Source: an uncultured Phycisphaerales bacterium
Lineage (GTDB): Bacteria > Planctomycetota > B15-G4
Assembly (NCBI GenBank): GCA_964490005.1
Contig: CAZBBB010000004.1
Span: forward strand, 888 to 64,887
Length of the DNA stretch: 64,000 nt
Direction of reading: 5' to 3'
The notes under the pieces were generated by a model, which worked only from the letters and a program-made list of their open reading frames with translations, ran no database searches and had not been told where the DNA came from. Below are positions 21,609 to 29,640 of this stretch, piece by piece; the first letter of the stretch is position 1; each line of letters starts with the position of its first letter. The position numbers and the translations under genes are program-made.

Positions 21609-22868
21609 ATGGGCGGCATGAAGGACCTCTCCCGCGACGACCTCATCCACGACTGGAACACCACCGAACCCGTTCCGGCGCCTCCGCACCCGATCGAGTT
21701 CGACGACGAGACGCTGCGCGACGGGCTGCAGTGCCCGTCGGTGACTTCGCCGACCATCGAGCAGAAGATCCGCCTGCTGCACCTGATGAGCGGGCTCTCG
21801 CTGCGCTACGTCAACGTCGGCCTGCCGGGCGCCGGCCCGCACGTCGTCGCCACGGTGACGCGCCTGGTCGAGGAGATCCGCGACGGCAAGCTCGCCATCG
21901 AGCCCAACTGCGCGGCGCGTACGGTGGTCGCCGACGTCCGCCCCGTGGCCGAGATCCAGCAGAAGACGGGCGTGCCGATCGAGGTTTCGACCTTCATCGG
22001 CAGCTCGCGCATCCGGGCCTACACCGAGGAGTGGGACCTCGCCACGATGCTCGAGCACTCGCGCACGGCGCTGCGCTTCGCGCGCAAGGAAGGCCTCTCG
22101 GTCATGTACGTCACCGAGGACACGACGCGCGCCGACCCCGAGACGCTGCGGGCGCTCTACGGCGTGGCCCTCGACGAGGGCGCCAGCCGGCTGTGCTTCT
22201 GCGACACGGTCGGGCACGCGACGCCCGAAGGCGCGCGCAACCTGATCCGCTTCGCGGTCGAGCTGGTCGCGCAGAGCGGCCGCAAGGACGTCAAGATCGA
22301 CTGGCATGGCCACATGGACCGCGGCCTGGGGATCTTCAACGCGATCGCGGCGCTGCAGGCCGGCGCGCACCGCGTGCACGGCACGGCGCTGGGCATCGGC
22401 GAGCGGGCCGGCAACTGCCCGATGGACCTGCTGCTCGTGAACCTCAAGCTGCTCGGCTGGATCGACAACGACCTGCGCCAGCTCGGCGACTACGTGCGCC
22501 TGACGAGCGAGGCGGTCGACGTGCCGATCCCGATCGGCTACCCCGTCTTCGGGCGCGACGCCTTCGAGACGGGCACCGGCGTGCATGCGGCCGCCGTGAT
22601 CAAGGCGCTGCAGAAGGGCGATCCGTGGCTGGCCGACCGCGTCTACTCGGGCGTCCCCGCCGCCGACTTCGGCCTCGAGCAGGTCATCCGCGTGGGGCCG
22701 ATGAGCGGCAAGAGCAACGTCGTCTTCTGGCTGCAACAGCACGGGTACGCGACCGACGAGGCGCTCGTCGAGCGGCTCTTCCAGGCCGCCAAGGCGAGCC
22801 GCAGGCTGCTCGAGGACGGCGAGCTGCACGCGCTCGTGAAGGGTCGCGCGCCGGTCGGCAAGGCCTGA
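21609..22868 (+). CDS. 2-isopropylmalate synthase / homocitrate synthase family (DRE-TIM metallolyase)
   Basis: 419 aa. ETLRDGLQ, HGHMDRGLG and GIGERAGNCPMD motifs. Confidence 0.7.
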   Translation: MGGMKDLSRDDLIHDWNTTEPVPAPPHPIEFDDETLRDGLQCPSVTSPTIEQKIRLLHLMSGLSLRYVNVGLPGAGPHVVATVTRLVEEIRDGKLAIEPNCAARTVVADVRPVAEIQQKTGVPIEVSTFIGSSRIRAYTEEWDLATMLEHSRTALRFARKEGLSVMYVTEDTTRADPETLRALYGVALDEGASRLCFCDTVGHATPEGARNLIRFAVELVAQSGRKDVKIDWHGHMDRGLGIFNAIAALQAGAHRVHGTALGIGERAGNCPMDLLLVNLKLLGWIDNDLRQLGDYVRLTSEAVDVPIPIGYPVFGRDAFETGTGVHAAAVIKALQKGDPWLADRVYSGVPAADFGLEQVIRVGPMSGKSNVVFWLQQHGYATDEALVERLFQAAKASRRLLEDGELHALVKGRAPVGKA

Positions 22869-22883
22869 GGCGCGGCGCCGCGC

Positions 22884-23720
22884 TCAGCCGCGCAGCTTGG
22901 TGAAGGCCGCGCGCGCCGTCACGACCGGGTCGTGCCCGTGGCGCGGCAGTTCGAGCGTGGCCAGTCCGCGGTAGCCGATCCGCGCGAGCACCGCGCGCAG
23001 CGCGTCCCAGTCGACCACGCCTTCGCCCGGGAACAGGTGCGCGTGCACGCCCGGCTGCGCATCGGCCAGTTGCAGACCGCCGAGCCGCTCGGCGCAGCTC
23101 GCCACCGCCTCGTGCGCCGACAGGCTCTCGGTCACGGGCACGTGGCTCACGTCGAGCATGATCGCCAGCTCCGGGCGGTTCAGGCGCGCGAGGAAGGCGT
23201 GGCACTCGTCCAGCGTGGCCACGAACATGCCCGGCTCGGGCTCGAAGCACACGGTCAGGCCGCTGCCGCGCGCGCGATCGAGCACCGCCGCGGCGCCCTC
23301 GCACAGCCGATCGAGCAGTTCGTCGCGGTCCGCGGGCGCACCCGACGAGGAGGGCACGTAGCTGCCCGACCAGAACGAGAAGGTCTCGGCGCGCAGTTCG
23401 ACGGCGATCTCCAGGCAGCGCGTCAGCAGTTCCAGCCGACGCGCGCGCCCGGGCGCGTCGGAGAGCAGCGTCGGCTGGTGCTTGCGGCGCGGGTCGAGCA
23501 GGAAGCGCGCCCCGGTCTCGACCGCGACCGCCAGCCCCGACTCGGCCAGGCGCGGCTGCAAGGCCCGCGCCTGCGCCCGCCCGTCGCGCAGCGGGTCGAG
23601 ATGGAAGACGTCGGGCGTGATCGCGATGCCGGCATAGCCGATCTCCGCCAACAGCTCCGCCACGTCCTCGACGCGATGCTGCGGGAAGCCGTTCGTGTTG
23701 TAGCCCAGGCGCAGGCTCAC
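22884..23720 (-). CDS. Sugar phosphate isomerase/epimerase (xylose-isomerase-like TIM barrel)
   Basis: GTG-initiated 278 aa (VSLRLGYNTNGF...) within ORF 22884..23993. The upstream in-frame part is R/G-rich and rejected. Confidence 0.65.
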   Translation of the reverse strand: MSLRLGYNTNGFPQHRVEDVAELLAEIGYAGIAITPDVFHLDPLRDGRAQARALQPRLAESGLAVAVETGARFLLDPRRKHQPTLLSDAPGRARRLELLTRCLEIAVELRAETFSFWSGSYVPSSSGAPADRDELLDRLCEGAAAVLDRARGSGLTVCFEPEPGMFVATLDECHAFLARLNRPELAIMLDVSHVPVTESLSAHEAVASCAERLGGLQLADAQPGVHAHLFPGEGVVDWDALRAVLARIGYRGLATLELPRHGHDPVVTARAAFTKLRG

Positions 23721-25129
23721 GCGACGGCCCCCTCCCAACCCGCGACCAGCCGCCGAAGGTGCGCCGCGTCGGCGACGAACACCAGCTCCGAGCGCGTGGC
23801 GCGCAGACCGTGCTCGCCGGCCTCTTCGGGCTCGTGGCTGCAGACCGAGTAGACCAGCCGGCCGCCGGGCGCCAGGTGCCGGGACGCGGACGCGAGCAAC
23901 CGGCGCTGCAGGGCGGCCAGCTCCGTGATCGCCTCGGGCGTGACGCGCCAGCGGGCCTCGGGGCGCCGGCCGAGCACCGCCGTGTTGCTGCACGGGGCGT
24001 CGAGCAGGATCGCGTCGAACCCCGGCGCGGGTCGACCGGGAGGCGCGAGCGTGTCGAGCAGGTCGTGCACGGCGAAGCGCACGCGCTCGTCGAGCCCGAG
24101 GCGCGCGGCGTGCTCCTGCGCGCGCCGCAGGCGCGGCTCGGAGACGTCCGTCGCGAGGAGTCGCCCGCTCCCGCCCGCATCGACGCGCAGCAGACGCTCG
24201 GCGAGCTGGCAGGCCTTGCCGCCCGGCGCGGCGCAGGCGTCCCAGAGCTGCTCGCCCGGTCGCGGATCGAGGATCTCCGCCGCGTCCATCTGGGCGGCGT
24301 CCTGCACGCTGAACAGGCCCTGGGCGAAGCTGGCGGTCGCGAGCAGCCGGGCCTTGCCGGGACGCACGAGCAACGCGTCGTCGCCGTCGGGACGCGCGAT
24401 CCGCTCGGTCGCCACGCCCTCGCGCGCCAGGCGCTCGGCGAGCCCGTCGGCGGTCACGCGGCCGGCGCGCGGGCGCAGCGTGAGCGGCGGCGTGGCGTTG
24501 GCCGCCTCCATGCGCGCGACGGCCTGCGCCTCGCCCTGTCGCGCGACCCAGCGCTCGACCAGGAAGCGCGGATGGCTGTGGACGACCGAGAGCCAGCCGA
24601 GTCGGTCGCGCTCGGGATCGGGGAAGACGGCGCGCGAGAAGAACACGACGGCGCGCCCGGGACGGTGCAGGCGCTTGGTCGGGCTCGCGCCGCCGCGGTC
24701 GCGCTCCTCGGGCAGCTTGCGGCTCTCGCGCAGCACGCTGCGCAGCAGGGCGTTGGCGTAGCCGCGCGCCGAAGGACGCAGCGCGGCCACGGTCGCGCTC
24801 ACGATGGCGTGCGGCGGGACGCCGTCGAGGAACAGGTACTGGTGCAGGCCGAGGCGCACGACCTGCAGCACGTCCGGGTCGAGCGCGGCGGCCGGGCGTC
24901 GCCCCCAGGCGTCGTGCACCGCATCGAGCGTGAGGCGCCGGCGCAGCACGCCGAGCACCAGCTCGCGCACGAAGGGCGTGTCGTCGGGACCGAGCAGGTC
25001 CACGGCGCGTCGCCCCCGCTCGACCTCGAGCAGCACGGCCAGGGCCCGCGCGCGGCCGTCGTCCGCCCGCGCCTTGCCGCGACGCGGGGCCCCGCCGCCC
25101 GGAGCGCGTGGCCGCGGCGCACCGCTCAT
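23717..25129 (-). CDS. rsmB: 16S rRNA (cytosine967-C5)-methyltransferase
   Basis: Internal Met (MSGAPRPRAP..., 470 aa) of ORF 23717..25657. NusB-like N-terminus and MTase motifs DACAAPGGKA, FDAILLDAPCS and LVYSVCS. ATGA overlap with the fmt stop. Confidence 0.8.
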   Translation of the reverse strand: MSGAPRPRAPGGGAPRRGKARADDGRARALAVLLEVERGRRAVDLLGPDDTPFVRELVLGVLRRRLTLDAVHDAWGRRPAAALDPDVLQVVRLGLHQYLFLDGVPPHAIVSATVAALRPSARGYANALLRSVLRESRKLPEERDRGGASPTKRLHRPGRAVVFFSRAVFPDPERDRLGWLSVVHSHPRFLVERWVARQGEAQAVARMEAANATPPLTLRPRAGRVTADGLAERLAREGVATERIARPDGDDALLVRPGKARLLATASFAQGLFSVQDAAQMDAAEILDPRPGEQLWDACAAPGGKACQLAERLLRVDAGGSGRLLATDVSEPRLRRAQEHAARLGLDERVRFAVHDLLDTLAPPGRPAPGFDAILLDAPCSNTAVLGRRPEARWRVTPEAITELAALQRRLLASASRHLAPGGRLVYSVCSHEPEEAGEHGLRATRSELVFVADAAHLRRLVAGWEGAVA

Positions 25130-26052
25130 GGGCCGAGCCGTGCGCCGGCGGGCAGGCTCGTGCCGCGCAGGAACTCGGCCGCCTCCATCGGCCGGCGCCC
25201 CTCCCGCTGCAGGCGCGTGACGCGATAGGCGCCCTCGCCGCAGGCCACGAGCAACTCGCCGTGGGCGGCCAGCACCTCGCCCGGCAGATGCCCGGGCTCG
25301 CCCGCGACCGGCTCGCCGGCCAGGATCGCGAGCCGCGAGCGGTCCGCGAACAGCGCGAAGGCGCCGGGGCGCGGCGTCACCGCGCGCACGCGGCGGTCGA
25401 CGTCGATGGCCGCGTGCTCCCAGCGGATGCGCCCGTCGTCGGGCCCCAGCTTGGGAGCGCGCGTGGCGGCGCGCTCGTCCTGCGGCGCGCGCCGCACATC
25501 GCCCGACACCAGCGCATCGATGACCTCGAGCAGCAGCCGCGCGCCCGTCGCGGACAGCTCGTCGAGCAGCTCGCCCGAGGTCTTGCGGCCGACGTTCGTG
25601 GCGCGGCTCGCCAGGACGTCGCCGGCGTCCATGCGATCGACGACGTCGATCACGCACACGCCCGTCTGTTCGTCGCCCGCCAGCACGGCCGCCGGCACGG
25701 GCGCCGCGCCGCGCCAGCGCGGCAGCAGCGAGGGGTGGATGTTGACGCAGCCCCAGGGCGCGGCGGCGCGCACGGCCTTGCCGAGCTTCTGCCCGAAGGC
25801 CACCACGACGAGCAGGTCGGGGCGGCAGAAGCTCAGCCAGTCGAGCGCCGCCACGTCGTTCACGTCGTCCAGCTCCCGCGACGCCACGCCCAGCGCCTCG
25901 GCGCGCAGCGCGACGGGCGTGCGGCGCAGCCCCCGGCCGCGCCCCGCGGGCCGCCCCGGCTGCGTCCCCACGCTCAGTTCGTGGCCGGCCTGCACGAGGG
26001 CCTCGAGCGCCGGCAGGGCGAAGTCCGCCGAGGCGAGCAGCGTGACGCGCAT
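25126..26052 (-). CDS. fmt: Methionyl-tRNA formyltransferase
   Basis: 308 aa. NIHPSLLPRWRGAAP motif. Classic fmt-rsmB arrangement. Confidence 0.9.
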   Translation of the reverse strand: MRVTLLASADFALPALEALVQAGHELSVGTQPGRPAGRGRGLRRTPVALRAEALGVASRELDDVNDVAALDWLSFCRPDLLVVVAFGQKLGKAVRAAAPWGCVNIHPSLLPRWRGAAPVPAAVLAGDEQTGVCVIDVVDRMDAGDVLASRATNVGRKTSGELLDELSATGARLLLEVIDALVSGDVRRAPQDERAATRAPKLGPDDGRIRWEHAAIDVDRRVRAVTPRPGAFALFADRSRLAILAGEPVAGEPGHLPGEVLAAHGELLVACGEGAYRVTRLQREGRRPMEAAEFLRGTSLPAGARLGP

Positions 26053-26083
26053 CGGGCCGGGCGGCGGGCGCCCCGCCGCGCGT

Positions 26084-26422
26084 TCAGACCGCGACGCCGA
26101 AGACCTTGGCGAACTCCTTGCGGAGCTCGCCGGCGGTCTTCGTGCCCATCATCCGCCCGACTTCCTTGCCGTTGCGGAACATGAGCAGCGTCGGGATCGC
26201 CGTCACGCCGTACTTGTTGGGCGTGTTCGGGTTGGCCGTGATGTCGAGCTTGCCGATCGTGATCGAGCCGGACAGCTCCTTGGAGAGCGCCTCGATCGTC
26301 GGCGCGAGCGCCCGGCAGGGTGCGCACCATTCGGCCCACAGGTCGATGACGACGGGCTTGTCGGACTTCAGCACCAGGGCTTCGAAGTTCGCGTCGGTGA
26401 ATTCCGGGACGTTGCCAGCCAT
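26084..26422 (-). CDS. trxA: Thioredoxin
   Basis: 112 aa from an internal Met of ORF 26084..26908. WAEWCAPCR active site. Confidence 0.9.
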   Translation of the reverse strand: MAGNVPEFTDANFEALVLKSDKPVVIDLWAEWCAPCRALAPTIEALSKELSGSITIGKLDITANPNTPNKYGVTAIPTLLMFRNGKEVGRMMGTKTAGELRKEFAKVFGVAV

Positions 26423-26456
26423 GTCGAGCCTCTCTGCGGTTGCCGGTGGCAGGGCT

Positions 26457-27275
26457 TCACACGATACCGGTCTCGTCCTCGGCGGCCAAGGGGCGCGGCT
26501 CGGGCTCGGCCGCGGGCTCAGGCGCCGGCGCGTCGTCGGCGAACAGGCCCGCAAGCAGCGAATCGTCGCGATCCTGCCGCAGGGCGACCCGGATCTCGGC
26601 GCCGCTCTCCTCCTGCTCGACCACGATCTGCCGCGACTTGACCAGCTCGAGCACCGACAGGAACACGCCGAACACGCCCGCCGTGCCGCCGCTGGCGAGC
26701 ACCAGCTCGCGGAAGGGCCAGCGCTCGCGCGCCAGCAGGTTGTCGAGCACCGCGCGCAGGTAGGCCTTGAGCGGCTTCTCCTGGCGCAGCGTGTCGAAGC
26801 GGCGCTTGAGGCCCAGTTCCTCGACGAGGCGCGCGAAGCTCCCGACGAGCTCCCAGATGCCGATCTCGGCCAGCTCGGCGTCGACGGCCGGCGGCACCTC
26901 GTGCGCACCGCGCTCGTGGCGCAGCGCGCGCTCCTCGGCGCGCCGCTCGAGCTCGAGCGAGAGCGTCTTGAACTTGCGGTACTCGAGCAGCTGCAGGATG
27001 AGCTCGTCGCCCGGGTCGAGCTCCTCGGAGAGGTCGATCTCCTCGCGCGGCAGCAGGGCGCGCGACTTCACGAGCAGCAGCGTGCTCGCCATGACGAGGA
27101 ACTCGCCGGCCACGTCGATGTCGAGCTGTCGCAGCACCTCGAGCGCTCGCAGGTACTGGTCGCACAGGCGCGAGAGGTCGACCTCCGTGATCTCGACCTC
27201 CTGCTCGCGCACCAGGTGCAGCAGCAGGTCCATCGGCCCGCGGAAGTTGTCGAGTTCGAAGACCTGCTCGGTCAT
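26457..27275 (-). CDS. scpA: Segregation and condensation protein A
   Basis: Starts at MTEQVFELDNFRGPMDLLLHLV. ScpA/kleisin family. Its stop lies just before the M50 protease start and its start overlaps the M50 stop region by 4 nt. Confidence 0.8.
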   Translation of the reverse strand: MTEQVFELDNFRGPMDLLLHLVREQEVEITEVDLSRLCDQYLRALEVLRQLDIDVAGEFLVMASTLLLVKSRALLPREEIDLSEELDPGDELILQLLEYRKFKTLSLELERRAEERALRHERGAHEVPPAVDAELAEIGIWELVGSFARLVEELGLKRRFDTLRQEKPLKAYLRAVLDNLLARERWPFRELVLASGGTAGVFGVFLSVLELVKSRQIVVEQEESGAEIRVALRQDRDDSLLAGLFADDAPAPEPAAEPEPRPLAAEDETGIV

Positions 27276-28009
27276 TGGGCCGCCAGCCACGCCTGGGCGA
27301 GTTGGTCGACGACGCCGGCGAATCCGCCCAGCGCCTCGAGGAACACCCGCTGAACGTACCGCAGTCCGTCGAACACGAAGAACACGACGACCACCAGCAG
27401 CAGGCCGATGCGGTCGAGGCGGTACCAGGCCGGCTGCAGCCCCCGCGGCAGCAGCCAGCCGACGAAGCGCGAACCGTCGAGCGGCGGCAGCGGCATCATG
27501 TTGAAGACCGCCAGGATGATGTTGAACAGGAACGCGCTCTGCAGCCCGAAGCGCAGCAGGTCGCCGTCGCTGTCCCCCAGGATCGAGGGGGCGAAGACGT
27601 GGTCGGCGCCGAAGGGGTTGGCGACGACCTGGGCGGGGATGACGCCTTCGGCCACGCAGGCCGCGAAGATCAGCCCGGCGGCCATGGCCAGCAGCAGGTT
27701 CGAGCCCGGCCCGGCCAGCGCCACGAGCATGAAGTCGCGCGTCGGGTGCCGGAACTGCCGGATGTCGATCGGCACGGGCTTGCCGCCGCCGAACACGAAC
27801 GGCGATCCGACGAGGATCAGCATGCCCGGCAGCAGCACCGAGAGGAACGGATCGAGGTGCCGCAGCGGGTTGAGCGTGACGCGCCCGAGCTCGCGCGCCG
27901 TCGGGTCGCCGAGACGGTCGGCGACCCAGGCGTGCGCCGCCTCGTGCCAGCTCAGCGCGAGCAGCAGCACGCCGATGAAGATGGCGATTTCGTGGGGACT
28001 CTCGGGCAA
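27272..28009 (-). CDS. Site-2 protease family zinc metallopeptidase (M50)
   Basis: 245 aa. HEAAH motif, multiple TM helices and an LDG motif. Confidence 0.75.
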   Translation of the reverse strand: MPESPHEIAIFIGVLLLALSWHEAAHAWVADRLGDPTARELGRVTLNPLRHLDPFLSVLLPGMLILVGSPFVFGGGKPVPIDIRQFRHPTRDFMLVALAGPGSNLLLAMAAGLIFAACVAEGVIPAQVVANPFGADHVFAPSILGDSDGDLLRFGLQSAFLFNIILAVFNMMPLPPLDGSRFVGWLLPRGLQPAWYRLDRIGLLLVVVVFFVFDGLRYVQRVFLEALGGFAGVVDQLAQAWLAAQ

Positions 28010-28123
28010 GGCGGCGCGGCTTCCCGGTGCGGGGCAGGGCGAAGAATCGCTAATCTAGCGGCCGCGCGCGCCTCCGCCGCCGGGATTCCGGGCGTCGGCG
28101 CGCCCCGGAAGGCGCCACTGCCC

Positions 28124-29134
28124 TTGTCGAACGATCAGGACATCCTCGCGGGCGCCCGCGCGCTGCTCGCCGCCGAGGCCCAGGCGCTCGGGCTGATGCT
28201 GGAGACGCTCGATGCCGACTTCGTCCGCGCCGTGCGGCTGATCGCCGCCTGCGAGGGCCGCGTCGTCACGACCGGCATCGGCAAGGCCGGCATCATCGCC
28301 CGCAAGATCGGCGCGACCCTGGCGAGCACCGGCACGCCGTCCGACTTCCTGCATCCGTCCGAGGCGCTGCACGGCGATCTCGGACGCGTCACGCGCCGCG
28401 ACCTGGTGCTGGCGCTCTCCAACAGCGGCACGACCGACGAGCTGCTGCGGCTCGTCGGGCCGCTGCGGGACATCGGCGCCAAGCTCGTCGCCATCACGGC
28501 CGAGGCCGACTCGCCGCTCGGCCGCCATGCCGACGTCGTGCTCGACTACGGCCACGTCACCGAGGCCTGCCCGCTGGGCCTCGCGCCGACCACGAGCACG
28601 ACCGTCATGCTGGCGCTGGGCGACGCCCTCGCCATGGCCGTGCTGTCCGAGCGACGCTTCTCCCCCGAGGAGTTCGCCCGCTTCCACCCCGGCGGCAACC
28701 TCGGCCGCTCGCTGATGAAGGTCGAGGAGGCCATGCGGCGCGGCGAGCGGCTGCCGCTGCTCGCCGCCGGCTCGACCCTCGCGCAGGCCGTCGAGCGCAT
28801 GACGTCCACGCCGGGTCGGCCGGGCGCCGTGATCGTCGTCGGGCCCGACGAACGCTTCGTCGGCCTGTACACCGACGGCGACCTGCGCCGCCACCTGCTG
28901 GTGGCCGATCGCGAGGGCCGCTGGGACCTGCTGCGCCGGCCCGTCGACGGCTTCATGACGTCGACGGCGACGTCCGTGCGCCCCTCGCAGCTCGTCGCCG
29001 AGGCGCTGCACATCCTGCGCGAACGGCAGATCGACCAGCTGCCGGTCGTGGACGAGGCGGGCCGCGCCGTCGGCCTGCTCGACGTGCAGGACCTGCTCGC
29101 GATCCGCGCCATCGCGCCGTCGGGCGCGCCATGA
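28124..29134 (+). CDS. kdsD: Arabinose-5-phosphate isomerase (SIS + tandem CBS)
   Basis: TTG start (MSNDQDILAG) with GGAAGG upstream. Part of ORF 27275..29134. SIS motif VTTGIGKAG and a CBS pair. Confidence 0.85.
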   Translation: MSNDQDILAGARALLAAEAQALGLMLETLDADFVRAVRLIAACEGRVVTTGIGKAGIIARKIGATLASTGTPSDFLHPSEALHGDLGRVTRRDLVLALSNSGTTDELLRLVGPLRDIGAKLVAITAEADSPLGRHADVVLDYGHVTEACPLGLAPTTSTTVMLALGDALAMAVLSERRFSPEEFARFHPGGNLGRSLMKVEEAMRRGERLPLLAAGSTLAQAVERMTSTPGRPGAVIVVGPDERFVGLYTDGDLRRHLLVADREGRWDLLRRPVDGFMTSTATSVRPSQLVAEALHILRERQIDQLPVVDEAGRAVGLLDVQDLLAIRAIAPSGAP

Positions 29135-29640
29135 GCCCGCTGGCCGACCTGCGCCTGCTGGTGCTCGATGTCGACGGCGTCCTGACGGACGGCACGGTCG
29201 TGCTCGGCGCGGGCGAGGAGGAGCTCAAGGCCTTCCACACGCGCGACGGCGCCGGCATGGCGCTGTGGCGCGACGCCGGCCTGCAACTCACCTTCCTCAC
29301 CGGGCGCGGCGGCGCGGCGGTGCGGCGGCGCGCGCGCGAGCTGCGCCTCGACCGCATCTGGGAGCAGGCGCGCGACAAGAGCGCCGCCTTCGACGAGATC
29401 CTCGCGCACTACGGCGTCCGGGCCTCGCAGACCGCGGTCATGGGCGACGATCTGCCCGACCTCGCGATCCTCGCGCGCGCCGGGTTCTCCGCGGCGCCGG
29501 CCGATGCCGCCGCCGACATCCGCGAGCGCGTCGACCTGGTCACGCGCGCGCCCGGCGGCCGCGGGGCCGTGCGCGAACTCATCGAACACATCCTGCGCGC
29601 GACCGACCGCTGGAGCGCGTTGCTGGAGACCCTCCGATGA
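29131..29640 (+). CDS. kdsC: 3-deoxy-D-manno-octulosonate 8-phosphate phosphatase (HAD)
   Basis: 169 aa. LLVLDVDGVLTDG and GDDLPD motifs. ATGA overlap with kdsD. Confidence 0.85.
   Translation: MSPLADLRLLVLDVDGVLTDGTVVLGAGEEELKAFHTRDGAGMALWRDAGLQLTFLTGRGGAAVRRRARELRLDRIWEQARDKSAAFDEILAHYGVRASQTAVMGDDLPDLAILARAGFSAAPADAAADIRERVDLVTRAPGGRGAVRELIEHILRATDRWSALLETLR

Noticed and set aside
20463-25657. ORFs 20463..22829 (788 aa), 22684..24180 (498 aa), the N-terminal extension of 23717..25657, and 25108..26184 (358 aa)
   Set aside because: They are antisense or alternate-frame shadows of the LeuA-like gene, the sugar isomerase, rsmB and fmt. They have low-complexity R/A/G-rich composition and no motifs.
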